DNA from: Thermoproteota archaeon
Lineage (GTDB): Archaea > Korarchaeota > Korarchaeia > Korarchaeales > Korarchaeaceae
Assembly: GCA_027491915.1 (NCBI GenBank)
Contig: JAOZGC010000002.1
Location: 512,001-576,000, forward strand
Direction: 5' to 3'
DNA length: 64,000 nucleotides
Shown here: in pieces, positions 1 to 8,436 of the stretch
How positions within the stretch are numbered: position 1 is the stretch's first letter
Layout of the letters: the number at the start of each line of letters is the position of its first letter
The notes under the pieces: model-generated
What the model saw: the letters and a program-made list of their open reading frames with translations, nothing else
The model's database searches: none
Told to the model about the DNA's origin: nothing
Position numbers and translations under genes: made by a program

Positions 1-89
1 CGTCAGCCTCCAGCTGGAGGGCACCCTCCCCGGGCAGAATTCATCCCTGGGATTCTGCGCGTCGATTCCGCCTCTCGACCGACGCCGGT

Positions 90-809
90 TCAGCCAGACG
101 CGACGACGGCCACCCTGACCAGGCCGGCCGCCTCGGCGGGGACCTCCCTCCTCTCCCCCCCGACCTCCACCCTCAGGAAGCCGTCCCCCACCTCGACCAC
201 CCTGATCACCCACCCCGGCGCCACCAGGTCCAGCAGGCTCGGGTCCCCGACCTCGACCACCACGGCCCTGTCCCCCTCGCCCAGGCGGTTCATGGGAACG
301 ATCTCCAGCCCCGCCAACTTCTCCTCGGGGGGCTTCCCGCAGAACCACGGCAGCCTCCCCTCCTCGGAGAAGCGCCTGAACCCCAGGAGCCAGAGGGGCT
401 CCACCTCGGAGCAGGCCTCGAAGAACTCCAGGAACCTGATGAACCTGTTCAGGGTGTCCTCGTCCAGGTAGTGCTCCATGGAGCAGGCCTCCCGGGCGGC
501 CTCCTCCTCCTCCACCCCGAGGAACTCCGACAGGAATCTCTTGAGCACCACGTGCCTCCTGTAGACGTCCCTGGCGATCCTCCTCCCCTCGGGGGTCAGC
601 TCTATCCACCCGTACCTCTCGTAGCTCACGAGCCCCCTCTGGCTCAGGGATCTCAGCATCTGAACCGCCGAGGGCATCCTGACCCCCAGCAGCCTCGAGA
701 CGTCCCTCAGCCTGGCGGGCCTCCCCCCTCCCTCCTCCTCTATAATTAGGAGGGCCTCCAGGTAGTCCTCCTCCCTCGGGGTGAGACCCCCCTCGCCTCT
801 TCGGCCCAT
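90..809 (-). CDS. DtxR/MntR-family metal-dependent transcriptional regulator with C-terminal FeoA/SH3-like domain
   Basis: EEDYLEAL N-terminus, wHTH, RRH..L..FL and EACSMEH metal-site motifs. Confidence 0.9.
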   Translation of the reverse strand: MGRRGEGGLTPREEDYLEALLIIEEEGGGRPARLRDVSRLLGVRMPSAVQMLRSLSQRGLVSYERYGWIELTPEGRRIARDVYRRHVVLKRFLSEFLGVEEEEAAREACSMEHYLDEDTLNRFIRFLEFFEACSEVEPLWLLGFRRFSEEGRLPWFCGKPPEEKLAGLEIVPMNRLGEGDRAVVVEVGDPSLLDLVAPGWVIRVVEVGDGFLRVEVGGERREVPAEAAGLVRVAVVASG

Positions 810-895
810 CTAAGAAACTTAGACGGTCCTTCATACTTAACCTTATCCAGAGGGGCAACGGTAACGTAATTTAGAAGCCTCGAGGCGGCCGGCCG

Positions 896-1600
896 ATGGC
901 GAACGCCGAGGGGTTGGGCGGGTCGATCCCCGCCACTGTCGCGGCCGTGGGGACCTTCCTGGCGGTCTCGGCGGCCGCCTACCTGGCGTGGCCTCCGAGC
1001 CCGACGGAGGTGACCTGGGGAATCGTCTTCGTCGCATGGATACTTTTCATAGTGTTCTGGGCCTCGAAGCTGGTGGCTGCCAGGTGGAACAAGTACATAG
1101 CCAGAAAGTTCATCCACTTCACCACCGGGGGGCTGGTGGCCGTCCTCAGCCCGTGGATCTTCGAGACGCCGACGATCCCGGTCATAGGGGCGGCGGGAAT
1201 GGCCCTCATGACCGTCCTCCCGAGGATATGGGGGAGCGAGCTGGACTGGTATCAGGTGAGGGACAACTTCGGGGACACCTGGTTCTGCGTGAGCTTCGCC
1301 CTCCTCTACGCCCTACTCTGGTGGACCGATCTCAGGCTCGCCGTGATACCCGCTGTGTTCATGGCCTACGGCGACGGGGTCACGGGCGTGGTCCGGAGCG
1401 TGGTGTACGGGAGGTGGATCAAGGGATGGTGGGGGACCGCGGCCATGGCCCTGGTGTGCCTCCCGGTGGGCCTCCTGGCCGCCGGCGTGCCGGGCCTCCT
1501 GGCCGGGGCCGCCGCCACCGCGGTGGAGAAGCTCTCCCTGCTGGACGACAACATCACGGTTCCGGCGGTCTCCGCCGCCGTGCTCTACCTCCTGATGTGA
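896..1600 (+). CDS. Dolichol/phytol kinase-like (CTP_transf_1 family) membrane protein
   Basis: RKFIH, MAYGDG..G, KGWWGT and DDNITVP motifs; multiple TM helices. Confidence 0.75.
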   Translation: MANAEGLGGSIPATVAAVGTFLAVSAAAYLAWPPSPTEVTWGIVFVAWILFIVFWASKLVAARWNKYIARKFIHFTTGGLVAVLSPWIFETPTIPVIGAAGMALMTVLPRIWGSELDWYQVRDNFGDTWFCVSFALLYALLWWTDLRLAVIPAVFMAYGDGVTGVVRSVVYGRWIKGWWGTAAMALVCLPVGLLAAGVPGLLAGAAATAVEKLSLLDDNITVPAVSAAVLYLLM

Positions 1601-1608
1601 CCGGCGGA

Positions 1609-2361
1609 TCAGGGGAGGGAGACCGCGCCCCTCAGCACCGGCCGGTATAGGAGGTTGGCGAAGGCGGCCTTCAGCAGGAAGTCCAGTGCCATCAGTACCG
1701 CTGCCGCCGTCAGGGGGCGCCTAAGGTCGCGCCACCCCAGGTCGGTCTGCCCCAGGAGCCTGAGCAGGGGGACTGAGAGGACCGTCCCCAGCGCGGTGTA
1801 CCCCACCACGCGGAGGATGGCGTAGATCGGCCAGCCGGCCGCCAGCACCACCGCCTCCCTCCCGGGCACCGCGCTCAGTATGAGGCACCCGTAGTAGAAG
1901 TTCATGTAGTTCAGGAGGACGGCCCCTAGGGCCAGCCCCAGCATCCCGCCGCTCGCCAGCGACAGGGCCGAGAACACCGCGATCTCCCTGACCTTGGGCC
2001 AGAAGAACAGGGAGGGGTCCCCCTCGGCCCCCCGGCCCGTCCTTATCCACTCGAACATCTCCGCCCTGTAGGACTCCCCCATCAGGATCAGGGGCCCAAC
2101 CCCTCCCCCGGAGGCCACGGTCGCCGCGGTCACCGCCGCCCCGGAGGCCGCCGCCCAGAGGAGGACGTGGACGACCGCGGACCAGATTCTGCCCGCCCTC
2201 AGGTCCCCCAGGTACACCGGGTATATGGCGGCGGTCATGACCGCCGGGAGGAGGATCGGGTGGATCCGCGCCAGGGCGAGGCCCAGCAGCGCCGAGACGA
2301 ATCCCAGGGAGGCGGAGACCAGCATCCCGCCCACCCCGGATCCCAGGTCCTCGAGCCTCAT
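1609..2361 (-). CDS. Multi-pass membrane protein (possibly SpoIIM-like)
   Basis: About 6 hydrophobic segments, host-like codon usage, AT-rich promoter upstream (2383-2400). Confidence 0.55.
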   Translation of the reverse strand: MRLEDLGSGVGGMLVSASLGFVSALLGLALARIHPILLPAVMTAAIYPVYLGDLRAGRIWSAVVHVLLWAAASGAAVTAATVASGGGVGPLILMGESYRAEMFEWIRTGRGAEGDPSLFFWPKVREIAVFSALSLASGGMLGLALGAVLLNYMNFYYGCLILSAVPGREAVVLAAGWPIYAILRVVGYTALGTVLSVPLLRLLGQTDLGWRDLRRPLTAAAVLMALDFLLKAAFANLLYRPVLRGAVSLP

Positions 2362-2434
2362 AGTCCGGCGCCCCGTCGGCCGATTAAAAAGGACTTTTAA
2401 CCGAGCCCGCGCCTGCGGACGGGTGATCTCCCGC

Positions 2435-3331
2435 TTGAGGGCATCGGTCAGGAGGGCGGGGCCAGGGGACGCGGGCCCGCTGGCCGAGATGCTCCGCGAG
2501 TTCTACTCTTACCACTCCTCCATGCTGGGCGGTCGCCCGATCCGCCGGGAGGAGGGGGAGAGGCTGGCCCGCGAGGCCCTGTCAGACCCCAGGTCCTCCG
2601 TGCTGCTGGCGGAGGAGGGGGGAGAGATCGTCGGCTTCGCCAGGATTCAGGAGCACGAGGGGGCGATCTTCCTCAGGGAGATATACGTCAGGCCCGGCCT
2701 CAGGCGCAGGGGCGTGGGTTCCGCCCTCCTCTCGGCGTGCGAGGGGGAGGCGGCCGACAGGTGGGGCCGGGGGGACCTATACCTGAGCGTCGTGCCGGCC
2801 AACCTGGGGGCCCTGGACTTCTTCCTGGCCAGGGGCTACGACTTCCTCAACACCCTGGAGCTGACCAAGTGGGAGGGGGGAGCCGACTCGGAGGTGGTCC
2901 TCCTGGGCAGGAGGCTGGGGGTCAGGCTGGGGCGCGCGGCGTCCACCCCGCCGGGCCTGCTGAGGGGGATGGAGGCGCGCGTCAGGCCGGGGGAGTTCTG
3001 CGTCGCCAGGTGCCGACGCAGGCCGGGCTCGGCCTTCGCCGTGGTGGACGACGGGAAAGAGATCACGGTAGTGGCCCCCTGCGGGGAGTTGGAGGAATCC
3101 GGGTGCGGCCCGACGGACGTGGAGCGCGGCTACAGGATCCTCACGTTCGAGGCCGAGCTGCCCTTCGACCTGGTGGGATTCATGGCCGCCGTGTCCGGGG
3201 CCCTGGCCGCCGAGGGGGTGAGCCTGCTGGCCCTGTCCTCCTACTCCACCGACCACGTGCTGGTCAGGTCGGGCGACCTCGACGCGGCCGAGAGGGCCCT
3301 GCGCAGGCTCGGCATGAAGGTATCGCGGTGA
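2435..3331 (+). CDS. GNAT acetyltransferase fused to C-terminal ACT (ACT_7/CASTOR-like) domain
   Basis: IYVRPGLRRRGVGSALL motif A; C-terminal LPFDLVGFMAAVSGALAAEGVS..LSSYSTDHVLV. Start set at TTG 2435 after GGTGA (track start 2225 overlaps the divergent gene). Confidence 0.8.
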   Translation: MRASVRRAGPGDAGPLAEMLREFYSYHSSMLGGRPIRREEGERLAREALSDPRSSVLLAEEGGEIVGFARIQEHEGAIFLREIYVRPGLRRRGVGSALLSACEGEAADRWGRGDLYLSVVPANLGALDFFLARGYDFLNTLELTKWEGGADSEVVLLGRRLGVRLGRAASTPPGLLRGMEARVRPGEFCVARCRRRPGSAFAVVDDGKEITVVAPCGELEESGCGPTDVERGYRILTFEAELPFDLVGFMAAVSGALAAEGVSLLALSSYSTDHVLVRSGDLDAAERALRRLGMKVSR

Positions 3332-3456
3332 CCCCGATCCTCCCGGCCGGCCGGGAGCCTCCCCGAGATTGATTAGAGTGAGAAAGAAGGGGAAGAGGGA
3401 GGAATGAGGGGGAATGAGCTAGCGGGGCGGCCGCGGCGGGCTTGGCCCCCCCTCAC

Positions 3457-4038
3457 TCAGCCCTCCCCAGACCCGCCCTCCTCACCCAGCTCCCTCAACC
3501 TCTCGTCGATCTCCCTCAACCTCTCCTCGATCCAGCGCTTCCTCTCCCGTAGGTAGGCTATTTCCTCCTCCCTAGAGAGGATGCCCGGGGGGGTCGGGGG
3601 GGCCCGTCCGGGTGAGGGGGGCCAGGTCGGGCCCGCCGGCGGGAGCGGGGAGGGGGGCCAGCCCAGGGGAGGGCGCCCCGGAGCTGGGAGCGGGCCCGTC
3701 GGGGCACCTCCCCCCTCCAAGAAGTCTTTGACGGCGTCCCTCACCTTCATGCCCCCGTAGCCCGGGACCGGTCTGATCCCCATGCTGGTCAGGGCGGCCA
3801 GCGCGTTCGGACCGAAGTCTCCCGCTATGACCGCCTCGGCCCCCAGGCTGACTACGAACTGGACGGCCGCCGGTCCCGCACCGCTGGCCGCCCGGGCCGC
3901 CGGGTTGGCGTGGCTGGATGCCCCCTCTATCTCGGTTCCCCTCGCCTCCACCAGCACCACGTAGGGGGCCCGGCCGAAGACGTGGGAGACCGACGCGTCG
4001 AGCCCCTCGGGACCGTCGGCGGCCACGGCTATCCTCAT
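3457..4038 (-). CDS. NifB/NifX-family (FeMo-cofactor-binding-like) protein with Pro-rich linker and DUF5320-like coiled coil
   Basis: MRIAVA..VSHVFGRAPY..GAG..AVQ..GPNA motifs; ATGA overlap with the upstream stop. Confidence 0.85.
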   Translation of the reverse strand: MRIAVAADGPEGLDASVSHVFGRAPYVVLVEARGTEIEGASSHANPAARAASGAGPAAVQFVVSLGAEAVIAGDFGPNALAALTSMGIRPVPGYGGMKVRDAVKDFLEGGGAPTGPLPAPGRPPLGWPPSPLPPAGPTWPPSPGRAPPTPPGILSREEEIAYLRERKRWIEERLREIDERLRELGEEGGSGEG

Positions 4039-4484
4039 TTCCCGCCACCCTCCAGCTCCCTGAGCCTCCTGTTCAGATCCTCCAGCTCCCTCCTGAGTTG
4101 ATCCCTCTCGGCCCTGAGAGCCTCTGCCTCGGAGGATGGGTTTAGCCCGGGGGAGGTCCAGGGACCAGGATAGGGATAGGGGGGTGGGTACGGGGGGACC
4201 GATCCGTAGTACGGGAAGCCGTAGCCGTAGACCTGCCACGCGTGGACGATCCGCCCGTCCGGCGAGATGTAGAAGGCGAAGGGTCCGAGCCCGCTCCTAC
4301 AGGGCCCCAGGTACCTGTACCCCCTGGCCGCCGCCGAGCTTATCATGGGCCAGCCCAGCATAGCCCCGAATCCGGGTCCTCCTCCCCACCGACCCCACCC
4401 GGGTCCTCCTCCCCACCCCCATCCAGCTCCACCCCACCTGCCCCTTCCCCTGCCGCGCCCGCGGCCCCAGTACCACCACGCCAT
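4035..4484 (-). CDS. DUF5320-like Trp/Gly/Arg-rich protein with C-terminal coiled coil
   Basis: MAWWYWGRGRGRG.., GPCRSGLGPFAFY, EAEALRAERDQLRRELEDLNRRLRELE; GGAGGTG RBS. Confidence 0.75.
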   Translation of the reverse strand: MAWWYWGRGRGRGRGRWGGAGWGWGGGPGWGRWGGGPGFGAMLGWPMISSAAARGYRYLGPCRSGLGPFAFYISPDGRIVHAWQVYGYGFPYYGSVPPYPPPYPYPGPWTSPGLNPSSEAEALRAERDQLRRELEDLNRRLRELEGGGK

Positions 4485-4501
4485 CCGACATCGCACCTCC
4501 C

Positions 4502-4522
4502 ATGGATAACATTGATACCCAT
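4502..4522. promoter_or_regulatory. Candidate operator palindrome 1 (ATGG-ATAACATTGATAC-CCAT)
   Basis: Imperfect palindrome between the AT-rich TATA region and RBS; close copy at 4846-4863. Confidence 0.5.
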
Positions 4523-4547
4523 ACTGGAATAAAAAATTGCCGATCGT

Positions 4548-4826
4548 TCAGCCGCCCCCGCCCTCCAGCTCCCGGAGCCTTCCCTCTATCTCCCTCAGCC
4601 TGCCCTCAAGCCACTCCTTCTCCCTCAGGAGGGCGTCCCTCTCGGACTTGGGGATCGGCCACCCGTAGCCGTAGATGGGGGGCCAGGAACCGCCGTAGCC
4701 GTACCAGCCCATCAGCCACGGGAGCAGGAGCCAGCACCACCCGCGGCCCCTGCCCCAGCCCCACCACCAGAGCCAGGGCCAGGGTCCGTAGGATCCCCAG
4801 TAGGACGGCCAGTACCACCAGGCCAC
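4548..4826 (-). CDS. Second DUF5320-like Trp-rich protein with C-terminal coiled coil
   Basis: (M)AWWYWPSYWG..GRGRGWCW..; ERDALLREKEWLEGRLREIEGRLRELE; GGAGGTGA RBS before GTG 4826. Confidence 0.7.
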   Translation of the reverse strand: MAWWYWPSYWGSYGPWPWLWWWGWGRGRGWCWLLLPWLMGWYGYGGSWPPIYGYGWPIPKSERDALLREKEWLEGRLREIEGRLRELEGGGG

Positions 4827-4845
4827 GCCGGTCACCTCCCTTTAT

Positions 4846-4863
4846 GTATCATTGTAACCCATA
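4846..4863. promoter_or_regulatory. Candidate operator palindrome 2 (GTATCATTGTAAC-CCATA)
   Basis: Same position relative to RBS as copy 1; next to the TATATATA shared with the divergent PadR gene. Confidence 0.5.
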
Positions 4864-4901
4864 ACTCGCCTATATATATCTAGCCCCCGGCGCGCCCCGG
4901 G

Positions 4902-5258
4902 ATGCCTGGTCCCGGGCGGGGGTGGAGGTGGAGGGCCGGGAGGAGGCTCTTCGGGATCCACCCGACCTTGGTCCTGCTGATGATATCGAGGGGCGCCACG
5001 AACGGGTACGAGATAAGGAGGAGGATAGAGGAGATCACTGGGCAGCCTCTGCCGGAGGGATTCGTCTACGTCACCCTGGGGAGGCTCGAGTCCTCGGGCC
5101 TGGTGGTCTCCTCCCCCGTCCCCGGGGACCCCAGGGGGAAGAGGTTCTACAGGCTCACCCCGGCCGGGTGGCAGGCCCTGGCGGTCAGGATGGCGGAGCT
5201 CAGGGGGATGAGGGACTTCATAGACAGGGTTCTCTCCCTCTACGAGGGGGGGACCTAG
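4902..5258 (+). CDS. PadR-family transcriptional regulator
   Basis: NGYEI..I, G.VY..L.RLE..GLV, KRFYRLTPAG. Confidence 0.9.
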   Translation: MPGPGRGWRWRAGRRLFGIHPTLVLLMISRGATNGYEIRRRIEEITGQPLPEGFVYVTLGRLESSGLVVSSPVPGDPRGKRFYRLTPAGWQALAVRMAELRGMRDFIDRVLSLYEGGT

Positions 5259-5345
5259 GGCCCGTCGGATTGGCAGAACCCGGAATGGGTCGGGGAAAAA
5301 GAGGGGGGGAATAAGGGAAGTCGAGGGGGTGGTGGAGTGCCCCCC

Positions 5346-6008
5346 TCAGACCTTCTTGTAGCAGAGCCACCAGTCCTTGCACTCGATCTTGCCAGCCTTG
5401 GCGTCCTCGAGCCTCTGCTTGGCGGTCTCCTCGTCGGAGGCTGGAGGCACTATCACCTTGTCCCCTATTATCTCGTTGTTTGGCCAGTTGGCCGGCATGG
5501 CGACGCCGTTCTTGTCAGAGACCTGGAGCGCCTTCACTATCCTCAGGATCTCGTCCATGTTCCTGCCCAGCTCCTGGGGGTAGTAGAGGACTACCCTGAG
5601 GATCCCCTCCGGGTCCACCACGAAGACGGCCCTGACGGTGTTGGTCCCCTTCCCGGGGTGGATCATCCCCAGCATCTTGGCTATGCTGCCCATGTCGTCG
5701 GCTATTATCGGGAACTTGATCTCCTCACCCAGGTTCTCCTTTATCCACTCGACCCACTTTATGTGGCTGAAGACCTGGTCGATGCTCAGGCCTATCAGCT
5801 CGCAGTTGAGCTCCTTGAACTGGTCGTACCTCTTCTGGAAGGCGAAGAACTCGGTGGTGCACACGGGGGTGAAGTCGGCCGGGTGGGAGAAGAGGATGAA
5901 CCACTTCCCCTTGAAGTCGTCCGGTATCCGGATCTTCCCGTGGGTGGTCTGCGCCTCGAAGCTCGGGAACTTCTCCCCGAGCAGCGGGAACCTGATCTCC
6001 TCGCTCAT
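5346..6008 (-). CDS. ahpC: Peroxiredoxin (archaeal Prx6/AhpC type)
   Basis: [25 protein letters not shown]-terminal CKDWWLC; GGGTGA RBS before ATG 6008. Confidence 0.95.
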   Translation of the reverse strand: MSEEIRFPLLGEKFPSFEAQTTHGKIRIPDDFKGKWFILFSHPADFTPVCTTEFFAFQKRYDQFKELNCELIGLSIDQVFSHIKWVEWIKENLGEEIKFPIIADDMGSIAKMLGMIHPGKGTNTVRAVFVVDPEGILRVVLYYPQELGRNMDEILRIVKALQVSDKNGVAMPANWPNNEIIGDKVIVPPASDEETAKQRLEDAKAGKIECKDWWLCYKKV

Positions 6009-6018
6009 GCTCTCACCC

Positions 6019-6081
6019 ATGTTAGGGCAATCTAACATTTAGATCGAGACTAATAAATGTTAGGTTCGATTATAGAACCTA
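6019..6081. promoter_or_regulatory. Three adjacent inverted repeats upstream of the peroxiredoxin
   Basis: ATGTTAG-n6-CTAACAT, TTAG-n7-CTAA and TAGGTTC-n7-GAACCTA in an AT-rich island. Confidence 0.5.
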
Positions 6082-6552
6082 CGCGTTCCCCGTCCCGGCA
6101 GACCCCTCGGCCGAGATCCCGAGGTTGTTCCGGAGGAACCTCTCCAGGTGCCTCCTGCTCAGGGTGTACCTCACCCCGAACCTGCCCTTGAGGGGCAGCC
6201 TGATCAGGTTCCAGAGGAGTCTGAGCACCTCCAGGGGCCCCCTCTCGGAGGGGCCGAGCCTCAGCGCCCCGGTGGGACAGGCCTGGAGGCAGATTAGGCA
6301 CCCCAAGCACAACTCCGGGTGGGCCACGACGGGCCTCGGGAGCGTCCTCTCCGGCAGCCAGAAGAAGTTGGCGCGCACGGGGCGGACCTCCCACACCTCG
6401 TCCCCACGCGGGCACGCGGTGATGCACTCCTCCCCGCCGCCGCAGGCCGCGTAGTATATGGTCAGGCTTACGGGGGCCTCGGAGGGGCTCCGGGTCCGCT
6501 CGCCCCGGGCCCGGCCCGGTGCCCCCGACCTCGCGCCCCCCTCCCGGGTCAC
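6079..6552 (-). CDS. 4Fe-4S dicluster ferredoxin-like protein
   Basis: CGGGEECITACP and CLGCLICLQACP; GTGA overlap with the GGR stop. Confidence 0.75.
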   Translation of the reverse strand: MTREGGARSGAPGRARGERTRSPSEAPVSLTIYYAACGGGEECITACPRGDEVWEVRPVRANFFWLPERTLPRPVVAHPELCLGCLICLQACPTGALRLGPSERGPLEVLRLLWNLIRLPLKGRFGVRYTLSRRHLERFLRNNLGISAEGSAGTGNA

Positions 6553-7904
6553 AGGGAGCCGAGCCACCCCTCCACCTCCTCGAACAGCGAGGCCTCCCTC
6601 GCCCTCCAAGACTCGAATCCCTCTGGAGAGTCGGGAAACTCCCCGTACAGCGATATGGCCGCGTCCATGTAGTCCTTCAGCCTCCTGAGCTGGCCGAGTA
6701 TGGACGGCCTCCTGAGGAGTCTCAGCCCGGCGGATATCCTCCCGACCAGTTCTCCGCTGAGCCTGCCCCTGCTGCCGAAGTCGTACACGTCCTCCCCGGT
6801 GACCACCCCCGACGATATGAGGAAGTTCAGGTCGTCGTCGCTCAGCCTCTGCATGTACATCCTGAGCACGTCTAAACCGGCCTGCTTCGCCCCATAGAGG
6901 GCGTGGTACCTCTTGTGATAACCCCACAGCCTCCTCAGGGACCAGTCCCCCTCGGACAGGGCCTCGACCGCCGTCTCCGCCGCGGCCCTCGCGCTGAGCA
7001 TGCTGGGCCCTATCCCCCCTCCGTGTATGGGGTTCGCGGCGCATATGGCGTCCCCCAGGGCCATGAAGCCGTGCCAGGCCATGCAGGGGATCGGCCTCCT
7101 GGTCGGAACTATCCCTCCCCCGGCGTGGATCACCTCGGATACCCGGTACCTGGGCCTCACCTCGCCGTAGTACCTCTCCCTGGGGTTCGGGTTCCCCTCC
7201 CTCCACTGGACCCCGATCCCCACGTTCAGCCTGTTTCCGCCCTTGTGGAAGGACCACCAGTACCCGCCCGGGGCGATGGACTGGCTGAGGTAGATCACGG
7301 CGTATCCTCTTTCCCTCTCCGGGACCTCCTCGACCACCAGGTTCTCCCTGAAGGCCACGTTGTAGTCCTCCCTGGGGGGCCTCCCGGAGACCCACCACCC
7401 CCCGGGCAGCGAGGTCCTGAGCTTGGCCGTCACCCCGGTGGCGTCCACGGTGATCTTGGCCCTGAACCTCTTGGCCTCCCCGGACCGCAGGTCCCTGACC
7501 TCGACCCCGACGACCCTGTTCCCCTCCGTCAGCGGGGCGACGGCGTGGTGCTCCGCGAACACCTCGGCCCCCTCGGACTCGGCCATCCGGATCATCCTCT
7601 GGCCGAAGGCGTGCCTGTTCAGGGCGTACCCCCTGCCGCCGACCACCAGGTGGTCCTCCTCGTTGGGGGCGAACACCTTCACCCCCACGAACTCCCCCTC
7701 GGACTCGGCCCCGGACGGGTGGGGGATCCCCAGGGCGTCGAAGTGCCTGGAGTCTATGGCGTCCCCGCAGACCTTGAGTCCTATGAGATCCCTGGGGTTC
7801 ATGTCGATCAGGGCCACGTCCAGCCCCTCCCTGGCAATCAGGTAGGCGGCCGTGGCCCCGCCCGTGCCGCCGCCCGCCACCACCACGTCGTACTCCGGCT
7901 CCAT
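6549..7904 (-). CDS. Geranylgeranyl reductase family (digeranylgeranylglycerophospholipid reductase-like)
   Basis: YDVVVAGGGTGG FAD motif, KVCGDA, APGGYWWSF, LGDA..ANPIHGGGI. Confidence 0.88.
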   Translation of the reverse strand: MEPEYDVVVAGGGTGGATAAYLIAREGLDVALIDMNPRDLIGLKVCGDAIDSRHFDALGIPHPSGAESEGEFVGVKVFAPNEEDHLVVGGRGYALNRHAFGQRMIRMAESEGAEVFAEHHAVAPLTEGNRVVGVEVRDLRSGEAKRFRAKITVDATGVTAKLRTSLPGGWWVSGRPPREDYNVAFRENLVVEEVPERERGYAVIYLSQSIAPGGYWWSFHKGGNRLNVGIGVQWREGNPNPRERYYGEVRPRYRVSEVIHAGGGIVPTRRPIPCMAWHGFMALGDAICAANPIHGGGIGPSMLSARAAAETAVEALSEGDWSLRRLWGYHKRYHALYGAKQAGLDVLRMYMQRLSDDDLNFLISSGVVTGEDVYDFGSRGRLSGELVGRISAGLRLLRRPSILGQLRRLKDYMDAAISLYGEFPDSPEGFESWRAREASLFEEVEGWLGSL

Positions 7905-7980
7905 GACGACCACCGCCAGGTGCGCCGAGGGAACCAGGTGCGTCAGGTTAAAATGGGGGTGGTGAGACCCGGGGAACCAG

Positions 7981-8412
7981 GTGGTCCCCCTGGAACTCGA
8001 CCTCGCCGACGAGATCCGGTCCCTGGTGGAGGAGAGGATCGACCACACTGTGAGGGGGATAGAGGAGACCCTCAGGACGGTCCTGGAGAGGGGGAGCTTC
8101 TCCGAGGGGGAGCTCGTGGATGCCCTGGGGAGGCTCCAGTCCGCCTTCTCCCTGCTGTCCCAGAAGTGGGTCCTCCCGATACTCCTCCTCCTGCTGCTGG
8201 GGGGGGAGACCAGGTTCGGGGCGATCAGGAGGACCCTGGGGATAGGGTCCAGGGTCCTTACGGACAAGCTCAGGTCCCTCCAGGCCGCCGGCCTGGTCAG
8301 CAGGAGGGTGGACCCGGGGCCCCCGGTGTCCGCGTGGTACCGCCTGACGGGGAGGGGGAGGGAGCTGGCCCTCCTGTCGGTGCCTCTCCTCTACAGGGCG
8401 GCCGGGGGGTGA
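7981..8412 (+). CDS. HxlR-family winged-helix regulator
   Basis: LLSQKWVLPIL, RFGAI, ISSR-like GSRVLTDKLR, PPVSAWYRLT. Confidence 0.85.
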   Translation: MVPLELDLADEIRSLVEERIDHTVRGIEETLRTVLERGSFSEGELVDALGRLQSAFSLLSQKWVLPILLLLLLGGETRFGAIRRTLGIGSRVLTDKLRSLQAAGLVSRRVDPGPPVSAWYRLTGRGRELALLSVPLLYRAAGG

Positions 8413-8436
8413 CGGCGCCTGCCGGACCCTGGGGAG

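Noticed and set aside
3457-4038. NifX-like gene and fix genes as evidence for nitrogen fixation
   Set aside because: No nifHDK in the window; these families are common in non-diazotrophs, and the fix genes flank an acyl-CoA dehydrogenase
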